Origin: Macrostomum lignano
Taxonomy: Eukaryota
Direction: 5' to 3'
NCBI GenBank assembly: GCA_002269645.1
Contig: NIVC01001649.1
Location: forward strand, 25,884 to 89,883
Length of the DNA: 64,000 nucleotides
The stretch's first letter is position 1. The number at the start of each line of letters is the position of its first letter. Under the pieces are notes generated by a model, which saw nothing but the letters and a program-made list of their open reading frames with translations, did no database searches and was not told where the DNA came from. Shown piece after piece: positions 53,601 to 62,270 of this stretch. The position numbers were made by a program, and so were the translations under genes.

Positions 53601-56600
53601 TATCATATTGTGGACGACGTACTGCTGGCTCACGACGACTTTGACGAGCATCGCCGTGCTGTTCGTGAGTTTCTGCAGCGATGCAGGGACCGCGGCATCA
53701 GCCTGAATCCAGAGAAGTTTGTGTTTGCTCAGCCCAGTGTGACATTTGCCGGATTCCAGTTGGACTCGAAAGGATACGCTATAGACCCTACCATAGTGAA
53801 GGCGATTCGAGACTTCCCGAAGCCATAAAATCTGACCGACCTCAGAGCGTTCTTCGGACTAGTGAATCAGATTGGGTTCTGTAGTGACAAGATAGCTTCC
53901 CTCGGTGAGCCGTTGAGAGAGTTGTTGAAACCGAGGAATGAGTTCATGTGGAGCTGCGAACACGAAAAAGCATTTGACAGCATGCGGAAAGAACTAAGCA
54001 ATGTTCCTACAATGGCCTACTATGACCACACGAGGCAGACAGCACTGCACACAGATGCGTCTCGACTGAAGGGGCTTGGATTCGTGCTCAAGCAAAAGCA
54101 AGACAATAGCGTTTGGAAAGTGGTTCAAGCAGGCTCGCGGTTCATTTCGGAGACAGAGAGGCGATACGCCATGATTGAACTGGAGCTGTTGGCAGTCGTA
54201 TGGGCGGCAAAGAAATGTCGTCTGTTCCTCGAAGGACTGCAGAATTTTGAGATAATCATCGACCACAAGCCGTTGGAGCCGATTTTAAATAGATACACCT
54301 TGGATCAGATTGAGAATCCGAGGCTACAGAGGTTGCGACAGAAACTGGATTGCTTCCAGTACACGGCTCGATGGGTGAAAGGCAGTGACCACAAGGCCGC
54401 CGATGCCTTGTCAAGAGCCCCGGTAGAGCCGGCAACCAAAGACGAAGAACTTGCGGAGGAGCACGAGAGCAACATCATCATGGCTATTGATGAGATTCAA
54501 GCTTCTGAAGCAGAGTTGACGCGAATTGCCAGAAGAGACCAGAAGTACCAGGAGCTGAAGCGATTGGTTCAGCAAGGATTCCCTAACGAGAAGGGAAACG
54601 TACCGGTCCATCTAAGACAATTTTGGAACATCCGCGACAAACTAGCAGTCGAGCATGACTTGATCGTAGTAGGAAGGCGATTGCTCATTCCCAAGGAGAT
54701 GCGAGCAGAAGTCCTGAATAGGATGCTCAAGATGCATCAGGGAGTCGTTAAGATGAAAGAGAGAGCCAGAATGACTTTCTACTGGCCGGGAATCGACAAC
54801 GATATAGAAATGTCAGCCAGGAAGTGTATCCCGTGCCAAGAGACTTTGCCTAGTCAAGTAAAGGAGCCGATGATTGTGAGAAAGGAACCGGAACGCGTCT
54901 TTCAAGAAGTCCATGCCGACTTGTTTCAATTCGCTGGGAAGATGTTCCTGGTGACTGTGGACGGAAAGTCTGGTTGGCCAACACTAGACTACTTCGGAAC
55001 TGATGCCTCAACGTACAAGGTGATCAACGTGCTGCGAAGACGTTTCTGTGAGAAGGGCGCGCCGGAGGTGTTATGGTCAGACAATGGACCGCAATTCACA
55101 GCCAAGCCATTTCTGGGATTCCTGCGTCGTTGGAATGTGGAGCAGAGGACATCATCCCCAACGTACGCTCAGAGCAATGGGCGAGCGGAGGCAGCCGTCA
55201 AGGCAATGAAAAAGCTGGTGCGTGGAAATTGGAATCACGGAGCCAGAGAGCCGAACTGGGACGATCTCTGCCAGGGGATACTGATGTATTGCAACGCTCC
55301 GCGATACGACGGCAGATCACCAGCACAGATGGTGTTCGGTCACGAGGTTCGCGATACCCCGCCAATTCACCGGAGAGCGTTCGCCAAGGAATGGCAAGCA
55401 GCAGCAGATGAGGTGGACAACAGGGCAGCGGAGAAGAGGGAGAGGATGGAGGTGTACTACAACAGAGCAGCTCACCAACTCCCAGCCTTGCGAGTGCGAG
55501 ACAGAGTTGCAGTGCAGGACGCCCAGACCAAGCGATGGGACAAGTACGGCGTGGTGGTCGAGCTAATGAAAAACAACGACTTTCTAGTCAAGCTGACCAG
55601 CGGCCGGGTTCTTCGGAGAAACCGAAAGTTCCTACGGAGAAGGTTTCCAGCACATGCGGCGGAAGCTCGCTACCAGCCCAATACTGGCCCTGCGGACTCG
55701 CAAGGTACGAATGGAGCCAGAGGGCCGGAAGGACGATCAAGACCGTGGCATACGAGAAACCGTCGGCCACCCAACAGGCTTCAGATTGACCCCCGCAAAA
55801 GTTCGTACGACTGACTGACAAGAAGTCACATTGTAACTGAAGGGGGAGGTGTTGTGTATGAGTGTGCATATGCATGTGTGTGACACTGAAGCTTGGGCTA
55901 TACTCGTATGAATATTACTGTTTATGGTATAAATACACGTGACGGCCTAGAGAGACGGCCATGCCCTCTGAGCTTTAGTTTCATCAGACCGCGCGCTATA
56001 GAAGATATAACCCTCTCGGCTTCGCGATATATAACAATAAAGACTTACTGTTTCCATCAGGTCATAAAGACTTACTATTTCTATCAGATGACACCGCTCG
56101 GTAGCGAATGCGGAACCCGCGCATCAGCACCGAGCCGTCAGTGCTGAAGATGATGCTCATGCGGGTGCCGGAGCTGTTCCGGGACGTCGAGAACACCGGC
56201 AGGACGCTGCAGTTCGGGTAGTAGTCCGACAGCTCGGCCATGAGCACCGAGTTCGCATCGAGCAGCTGCACCTTGTCGAGCTGGGTCTCCAATTCTAGGA
56301 ATTCGAACCAGACCTCAATGAAAAAGGATTCCGGCACCGTCAGGATCCAGGAGCAGGTCATGTTGATCGAGTAGTACCGTCCGGATTCGAATCCCGGATG
56401 GCTCACGAGCGATCTGGGCGGGTCGAACGGACTCACAGCCACCTGCTGGCTGCTGTTGCAGACTGGAAGCATCGATGGCGGGAAGGGTCATGTGCGGTCA
56501 TGGCATGCTGTTGCAGACTGGAAGCATTGATGACGGGAAGGGTCATGTGCGGTCATGGCATGCTGTTGCAGACTGGGAGCATTGATGACGGGAAGGGTCA

Positions 56601-59233
56601 TGTGCGGTCATGGCTTACTCGATCAGGTAATGCTATTTCTAATCGGTGAGAACTTTTTAAAGAGCTCAGTACCTCCCCCGCTGTAGCCGCGATCCAGTAC
56701 GGCATGGTAGCGAATGCGAAATCCTCGTCTCACAATTGACCCGTCGGTGGTGAACCTCACTGTCAGGACGTTCTTGGCGGCGCCGTTCGGCGGGGTGAAG
56801 TCCGAGAGGCTGCTGGAGGCCAGCAGGGGAGCCGAGGCTGTGTTAGAGTCAGAAAAGTAAGCTTTGTCGCAACACGTCTCCAAATCCATGAATTCGATCC
56901 AGGCTTTGATGCGGCATTGTTTGGGGGCTACGAGAGTCCAGTTGCAGTTCATGTTGTTGGTGTATTTTGTGCCACTATCGACTCCCGCCTGGCTGATTAG
57001 AGATCCCGGTGCTGTGGGGCTCACGGGCAGCTGCTGGTTGCCGCTGCAGACTGAAAGTGAAGTTTGTTTTACAGCAGAGAGTTAAAGCAGAAGTTGAGGA
57101 TCCCCTCTACATTATCTAATTGCATGCAAATTGTGTTGCTCTACATGAAAGTTCTGGGGTGTTTCATATACGACTTGTAGTTCCAGAAGCTTCGAAGCTT
57201 CGTTGTTTTGTAAAGCGTCGATGTTTGCGAGCCCCAACAATTTTTGTGGCTGACAAGTTGAAGAGTCGCCTTCTTTTGCTTGAAGATTGATCATGCAACC
57301 AACTTGGGCAAAAGCTTCAGGCAATGCGACTCACCAGTTTCGTTGACTCTGACGTCCTGAGTAGCTCGGTACCAGATGCGAAATCCCTTCTTCACTATAC
57401 TGCCGTCTGTGGTGAACCTCACAGTCATTATGTTCTGCGGACCGTTCAGCGACGGACTGAACCTCGGCAAGACGCTGCAGTTCGTGCAGCTGTCGGACAC
57501 CATGGCCAATTTAGTCATGATGACGTCCAGGAAGTGGACAAAATCACAGCAGGACTCGATTTCGGAGAACTCGAACCAGACCTCGATTCGGTAGGACTCC
57601 GGGGCGGTGAGATTCCAGCTGCAGTTGATGCTGTTGGCGTAGTTGGTACCGGAGGTGAAACCCGTGTGGCTGATGAGAGATTTCGGCGAGTCAGAGGGAC
57701 TCACCGTCAGCTGCTGGTTGCCGCTGCAGACTGAAAGTGCCAGCGATGCATTTGAGAGCACGATTGGAGCACTGGCTCATAATAAACACTTAAAGCTCGC
57801 TTAATGGGAGCTGAGTTTAGACCATGCCATTGAAAACTGTGTTCTCGCAAAACTTTTTGTCCAAGATTGCAAATCTTTGTACCAAGAAGCAAACAGCTAA
57901 ACAGAGCAAATTTATTTGATAGACTACATTATCATGAGTTATCATGAGAACGACTGGTAAGGAAGCAAGAGTTTCTCTCTGTGTGTTTGGCACTGTGCTG
58001 ACACTTCTGCGTCATCACGTGCGATGCAGCTTTGAACGTCTTGGTTTGACCTTCTACTGACCTTCTACTTGGCTCTCGGTTCAACGATGCTACAGTGGCA
58101 GCAAAGGCAGGCTGTTTAAATTCAAGTATGGTAAAAGCACCCCCATGCGCTAGTTTACGCGATGACCTGCTTTGCAATCCGGACAAAACGTCCGGCGAGA
58201 ACACAGTTTTCCATGCTATGATCTAATTTTAACTCCTACTAAGAAGCATTTTTGATGAACATTCGCTTGCAAAAAGGTATACTGATCTAGTAACACTGAG
58301 AGCAAAAGGACATGTCGGTAGCGAGGTTTGAATTTGTTAAGAATCAAGACATGTTAATGTATGAGGGGTTCACACATAACTTTTGAATGAAATGACCAAA
58401 ATACACGCGACTGAGTTCATTCGAAATAAGAGATGTGAAGCTTTAAAATGCCACCAAAGTTGTGCTTGCAGCTGCTACTGTTTTTGCTCTGGGATTAAAA
58501 GTGTCAGAACTTTCCGGACACCCCTCGTAGATAGTGCTTTTTTACAACTATCTTGTCTTATAGCTCTCCCTAGATCCAGATCAACAGGCCAATTAAAATA
58601 AAACAAAGCTGCTGGATGGAACACAGCCCCCAACCGAATTCCAATCTTTATACCCAAGGACAATTTATAAACTAGGGGCAGGGGCGAGCGTCACGTCTCA
58701 TGCTTGATCGCATCTTTTGTGAACGAACGTACTGGTCATTTTTCTTTGTTAATTACTGTTTAACAGTATAAATACCGTGGGGATTCGGGATAAACCCGGG
58801 TCTGCAACCGCTGTCGAGGCTGATCTTGCGGCAGTGCATCAAGCTATCGCTGTTTTCAGGACAGCGCATACGTGACGATCGCTGCACCCAGAGGAATGAC
58901 TGCGCAGCTACCAAGGAATGAGGGAGGCTTTACACCATAGAACAGTGATACCCCTTGATTGCGCTGGTGGAGACTTATGGCTTTTATGTTAGTCTTAATT
59001 CATTTACCAGTCCAAGTGAGGATACGTTAGCAAATTCTCACATTTCTGGGTCAAGAAGTCTCGCTTTAAAGTCGCGCATGAATTTCACGAGCATTCAGAC
59101 CTCAAACTCCAAGTACACTGTTTGCTGGAGACCTAAAGAGCAATCTCTTACCATTGTCTTGCGCACTGGACTTCACGCAGGCCGTCGCAAGAATTGCCAA
59201 CATCAGCAACAGCGCCTTGAAGTTCTCTAGCAT
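50444..59233 (-). CDS. Secreted protein: signal peptide + 3 CUB domains + PAN/apple-like domain, 5 exons, ~479 aa
   Basis: complement(join 59152-59233,57335-57730,56673-57050,56076-56462,50444-50640) = 1440 nt, open, all introns phase 1. Confidence 0.8.
51005..51566. repeat. 26/27-bp minisatellite (AAGACTTACTGTTTCCATCAGGTCATA)n; resumes at 56037-56075 beyond the retroelement
   Basis: Read directly. Confidence 0.97.
51567..51679 (-). repeat. Left terminal inverted repeat (inverted copy of the distal 113 bp of the 3' LTR)
   Basis: Base-by-base comparison, 113/113 identical. Confidence 0.97.
51781..53235 (+). CDS. gag: Gag (two CCHC knuckles) fused to aspartic protease
   Basis: CKFCGREHEVGKEKC-PAWGKS-CTKCGKLNHFAKQC; LPDTGA; QLRDRIVMGL. 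Homologous frame ends near 53060. Confidence 0.9.
   Translation: MPPKPKIDLKSAPHFDLESQKAVFPQWKQLWEAFEELSGLNDIEQEAEKKKFQLFALRHCLSLETLRVVDSLPQLLGKDKDDAKEIIKALEAFITGQKNEIFERREFWLRNQAEGESFNDWYVSIKEISSRCNFERCCDGCAEYQLRDRIVMGLRDPSTVEKLLEEGSELTLERAKTICESMESSRKNCAIMKGETPTVSAVRHASSYRKAKRTGAAENRQAGRPVQQSQAKHPGQACKFCGREHEVGKEKCPAWGKSCTKCGKLNHFAKQCRSGQSAKYGERVHSIFAATGAQGTSACCVEVKIRTPDGTKTIAALPDTGAFIDAIPESLMPIVGADMNNLHPSDIKPKAVDGRLLKAKGSIQLQASMGETELQRTFHVLSGISIMILSREACRDLGIIPRNFPKQIVVSMNQHDTNASTEEDLKKSFRTCSPEKLAEWLVRCSELNYQRTQSRLPFRPREELRNRSSYSSRRNWRISSEMGS
53062..53828 (+). CDS. pol: Reverse transcriptase (pol, 5' part), ends at an in-frame TAA
   Basis: EFSDVF, WCAPITV, IRMCVDLRCLN, DATKGYHQV, FITPFGRYKFLRAPFG, IVDDVLL. 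Confidence 0.93.
53829..55814 (+). CDS. pol: RT connection, RNase H and DDE integrase (pol, 3' part)
   Basis: TDASRLKGLG, RYAMIELELLAVVWA, DHKPL, HQG...YWPGI...CIPC, VHADLF, SDNGPQF, SNGRAEAAVK, RRNRKFLR. Confidence 0.95.
   Translation, partial: NLTDLRAFFGLVNQIGFCSDKIASLGEPLRELLKPRNEFMWSCEHEKAFDSMRKELSNVPTMAYYDHTRQTALHTDASRLKGLGFVLKQKQDNSVWKVVQAGSRFISETERRYAMIELELLAVVWAAKKCRLFLEGLQNFEIIIDHKPLEPILNRYTLDQIENPRLQRLRQKLDCFQYTARWVKGSDHKAADALSRAPVEPATKDEELAEEHESNIIMAIDEIQASEAELTRIARRDQKYQELKRLVQQGFPNEKGNVPVHLRQFWNIRDKLAVEHDLIVVGRRLLIPKEMRAEVLNRMLKMHQGVVKMKERARMTFYWPGIDNDIEMSARKCIPCQETLPSQVKEPMIVRKEPERVFQEVHADLFQFAGKMFLVTVDGKSGWPTLDYFGTDASTYKVINVLRRRFCEKGAPEVLWSDNGPQFTAKPFLGFLRRWNVEQRTSSPTYAQSNGRAEAAVKAMKKLVRGNWNHGAREPNWDDLCQGILMYCNAPRYDGRSPAQMVFGHEVRDTPPIHRRAFAKEWQAAADEVDNRAAEKRERMEVYYNRAAHQLPALRVRDRVAVQDAQTKRWDKYGVVVELMKNNDFLVKLTSGRVLRRNRKFLRRRFPAHAAEARYQPNTGPADSQGTNGARGPEGRSRPWHTRNRRPPNRLQIDPRKSSYD
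55839..55849 (+). promoter_or_regulatory. Polypurine tract
   Basis: GAAGGGGGAGG immediately before TGTTG at 55850. Confidence 0.85.
55850..56036 (+). repeat. 3' LTR, 187 bp, with TATAAATA at 55928
   Basis: Follows the PPT; TGTTGTGTAT...ATATATAACA imperfect terminal palindrome. Confidence 0.8.
56076..56462 (-). CDS. CUB domain exon 4 (CUB3), phase 1-1
   Basis: YYSINMTCSWIL, WFEFLELE, IIFSTDGSVLMRGFRIRY. Confidence 0.9.
56447..56613. repeat. 55-bp tandem repeat (3 units) spanning the CUB3 acceptor
   Basis: Unit CATGCTGTTGCAGACTGGAAGCATTGATG[A/G]CGGGAAGGGTCATGTGCGGTCATGG. Confidence 0.95.
56673..57050 (-). CDS. CUB domain exon 3 (CUB2), phase 1-1
   Basis: YTNNMNCNWTL, MDLETCCD, LTVRFTTDGSIVRRGFRIRY; donor GAG/GTACTG. 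Confidence 0.88.
57335..57730 (-). CDS. CUB domain exon 2 (CUB1), phase 1-1
   Basis: YANSINCSWNL, EIESCCDFV, MTVRFTTDGSIVKKGFRIWY; GTGAGT donor. Confidence 0.9.
59152..59233 (-). CDS. Signal-peptide exon 1 of the CUB-PAN gene (too short for the ORF track)
   Basis: ATG 59233: MLENFKALLLMLAILATACVKSSAQDN, then phase-1 donor G/GTAAGA matching the CUB1 acceptor phase. Confidence 0.75.
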
Positions 59234-60220
59234 GCTGCTACGCATTCTGCCTCCAGAAATAGCGCCAGCTTGTGTTTGGGAATTGCTTGAGCTGCAGGAT
59301 GACGGGATGGATATTTATAAAATCAAACACAGCCCACGGCAGCTGCGGGTCCATTAAAATTCATGTATCAGGGGCTGAAAAAATGAGAGGCCAAAAAACC
59401 TCTCTTTGACCGGCTGCAAGCCCAAGCCTGGCACTGCTAAGCCATATGTGACAGCTCACCGCCATCAAATTCAGCTATTCAAGGTTTTTCAGTATCTATT
59501 ATTGCTCCTTCGCTTAGCTGCCGGGCGATGCGATGACCCAGCTGGGAGGCAAACGGCGCCCATTTCGCTAATCCCCGACTCTGTAGTGCCCCAAGTCCGC
59601 TGGGACACCTGCGGATTTAAATTGTTCCCATGCATTGAGGATCATTAATACAACCATAGCATGCGTTGCAATAAGAGGAAAATATGTTAGGCAGAAGGGA
59701 GGGAGAGAAGGAGAGGGAAGGAGAGAGATGGAGACAGGTAGGCGTAGAAGTCAGGACACAGGTAGGAATGGCTACTACATGGTCAGATCCAGAGCTGTCG
59801 GTTTTTTTCAGCGAGACATCGCAAATGGTTGAAAAAGATTTCTCACTGGATAATATTCCAATACGACTGCCCCATGCCAATGCCACCGTGGGCAGTTAAA
59901 TTTATCATTTTTGTTTTTTGCACCAGTTTTACCTCGCTCTGCCCTTCCCTGTCCATGCGGTAGGAACCATTCCAACCGTCGGGTATGTCTAAGCCATTCT
60001 GGTCCTTCATCCATTGCAACATTAAACAAGAAAATAGGAAAAAGGAGAGCCAGCAGTGCCGCAAAGAGAATCCGGAACGCCGGCGTTAGCCAGTGTCAGG
60101 TAGTCAAGGCAACGCCGATAGGGTGCCTGTAGCCCTCGAATTAAGGAAGCCTGTGAAAACCGATGTCGGCCGGCACCATGTCCCGACTCTCCTGGAAGTC
60201 CTTCAGCGCTCTATTATTAT

Positions 60221-60889
60221 CATCAGGTCATAAAGACTTACTGTTTCCATCAGGTCATAAAGACTTACTGTTTCTATCAGGTCACAAAGACTTACTGTTT
60301 CCATCAGGTCATAAAGACTTACTGTTTCCATCAGGTCACAAAGACTTACTGTTTCCATCAGGTCACAAAGACTTACTGTTTCCATCAGGTCATAAAGACT
60401 TACTGTTTCCATCAGGTCACAAAGACTTACTGTTTCCATCAGGTCATAAAGACTTACTGTTTCCATCAGGTCACAAAGACTTACTGTTTCCATCAGGTCA
60501 TAAAGACTTACTGTTTCCATCAGGTCACAAAGACTTACTGTTTCCATCAGGTCATAAAGACTTACTGTTTCCATCAGGTCACAAAGACTTACTGTTTCCA
60601 TCAGGTCATAAAGACTTACTGTTTCCATCAGGTCACAAAGACTTACTGTTTCCATCAGGTCATAAAGACTTACTGTTTCCATCAGGTCACAAAGACTTAC
60701 TGTTTCCATCAGGTCATAAAGACTTACTGTTTCCATCAGGTCACAAAGACTTACTGTTTCCATCAGGTCATAAAGACTTACTGTTTCCATCAGGTCACAA
60801 AGACTTACTGTTTCCATCAGGTCATAAAGACTTACTGTTTCCATCAGGTCACAAAGACTTACTGTTTCCATCAGGTCATAAAGACTTAC
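60221..60889. repeat. 27-bp minisatellite, ~25 copies, same unit as 51005-51566
   Basis: Read directly; alternating CATA/CACA variants. Confidence 0.97.
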
Positions 60890-61276
60890 TATTTCTATCA
60901 GATGACACCGCTCGGTAGCGAATGCGGAACCCGCGCATCAGCACCGAGCCGTCAGTGCTGAAGATGATGCACATGCGGGTGCCGGAGCTGTTCCGGGACG
61001 TCGAGAACACCGGCAGGACGCTGCAGTTCGGGTAGTAGTCCGACAGCTCGGCCATGAGCACCGAGTTCGCATCGAGCAGCTGCACCTTGTCGAGCTGGGT
61101 CTCCAATTCTAGGAATTCGAACCAGACCTCAATGAAAAAGGATTCCGGCACCGTCAGGATCCAGGAGCAGGTCATGTTGATCGAGTAGTACCGTCCGGAT
61201 TCGAATCCCGGATGGCTCACGAGCGATCTGGGCGGGTCGAACGGACTCACAGCCACCTGCTGGCTGCTGTTGCAGA
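60890..61276 (-). pseudogene. Orphan duplicate of the CUB3 exon, upstream of the gene's first exon
   Basis: 387 nt, one amino-acid difference from 56076-56462 (RMS vs RMC); no PAN exon downstream; upstream CUB2 exon truncated. Confidence 0.7.
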
Positions 61277-61545
61277 CTGGAAGCATTGATGGCGGAAGGG
61301 TCATGTGCAGTCATGGCATGCTGTTGCAGACTGGAAGCATTGATGGCGGGAAGGGTCATGTGCGGTCATGGCATGCTGTTGCAGACTGGAAGCATTGATG
61401 GCGGGAAGGGTCATGTGCGGTCATGGCATGCTGTTGCAGACTGGAAGCATTGATGGCGGGAAGGGTCATGTGCGGTCATGGCATGCTGTTGCAGACTGGA
61501 TGCATTGATGGCGGGAAGGGTCATGTGCGGTCATGTGCTATCGGT
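61265..61545. repeat. 54/55-bp tandem repeat (5 units) spanning the acceptor of the duplicate CUB3
   Basis: Same unit as 56447-56613. Confidence 0.95.
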
Positions 61546-61635
61546 CATTGCTTACTCAATCCTGCCCTTCATCCTGCCCAGCAAGTAAAGCGGTTTCTTA
61601 GTCGGAGAGAATTATTTAAAGACCCCACCCAGTAC

Positions 61636-61710
61636 CTCCGCCGCTGGTGACGCGGTCCAGTACGGCATGATAGCGAATACGAAATCCTCGTCTCGCAACG
61701 AGACCCGTCG
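61636..61710 (-). pseudogene. 3' remnant of a diverged CUB2-type exon
   Basis: DGS(+1 nt)VARRGFRIRYHAVLDRVTSGG/GTACTG; homology stops at 61710. Confidence 0.75.
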
Positions 61711-61874
61711 ACGATTCTGCCAGAAGGTTGGATTTTTCCCATAAGCGCCAGTGTATTCAGTACACCCCTGTGCGCCAGTCAGCACTGCGCCTCAGTGCAG
61801 CCTTGACAAGCCTCCAAATTTCGTCAGCACGTCGACCACATGTGCTTGCATCAGCTCTGTTTCGTTGATCACTA

Positions 61875-62270
61875 CACCTTTTTTCCATTCTATTTTGGCA
61901 AACGTGCAATCAAAGTCAAAATCTTTTCATTCAATTCAGACAGTTTATGGTAGTTCTTGGCCGGCTTGTCTAAATAGATTGAAATTTGTCGGAATTGATA
62001 GGAAATTTCGCAGTATGAGCCATAGATAGGAGGACAGAAAAAGCCAATTCATAGCCAACTGTCGGAATTGATTGCAAATTGTTTGAATTGATTGCAAAGT
62101 GTCGGTTTCTCGTGGTAGCTTGTTTGCTTTGTTTGAAAATTGTCGCTTTTGAAAGCACATTTGTCGGAATTGAATGCACGTCCGGCCAAGAACTACCATA
62201 AACTGTCTGAATTGAATGAAAAGATTTTGACTTTGATTGCACATTTGCCAAAATAGAATGGAAAAAGGTG
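61875..62270. mobile_element. MITE, ~90-bp TIRs, TA target duplication (Tc1/mariner-type)
   Basis: TA|CACCTTTTTTCC...GGAAAAAGGTG|TA; arms 61875-61964 and 62182-62270 differ by 1 substitution and 1 indel; internal TGTCGGAATTGA x3. Confidence 0.88.

Larger units (their letters stand above)
51567..56036 (+). mobile_element. Ty3/Gypsy (Mag-like) gag-pol retroelement bounded by 113-bp terminal inverted repeats; 5-bp TSD ATAAA
   Basis: TGTT...AACA ends; 51567-51679 is the exact reverse complement of 55924-56036; ATAAA at 51562-51566 and 56037-56041; domain order gag-PR-RT-RNH-IN. Confidence 0.95.

Noticed and set aside
51567-56036. Classification as DIRS or Ginger
   Set aside because: No tyrosine recombinase and a TSD is present (not DIRS); full Gag, PR, RT and RNase H are present (not Ginger).
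56036-56041. AATAAA at the element's right end as its poly(A) signal
   Set aside because: Five of the six bases are the host target-site duplication.
56612-56619. Conserved alternative donor GAGTAAGC after CUB2 (also at ~61555)
   Set aside because: An in-frame stop precedes it in both copies; conservation is explained by paralogy.
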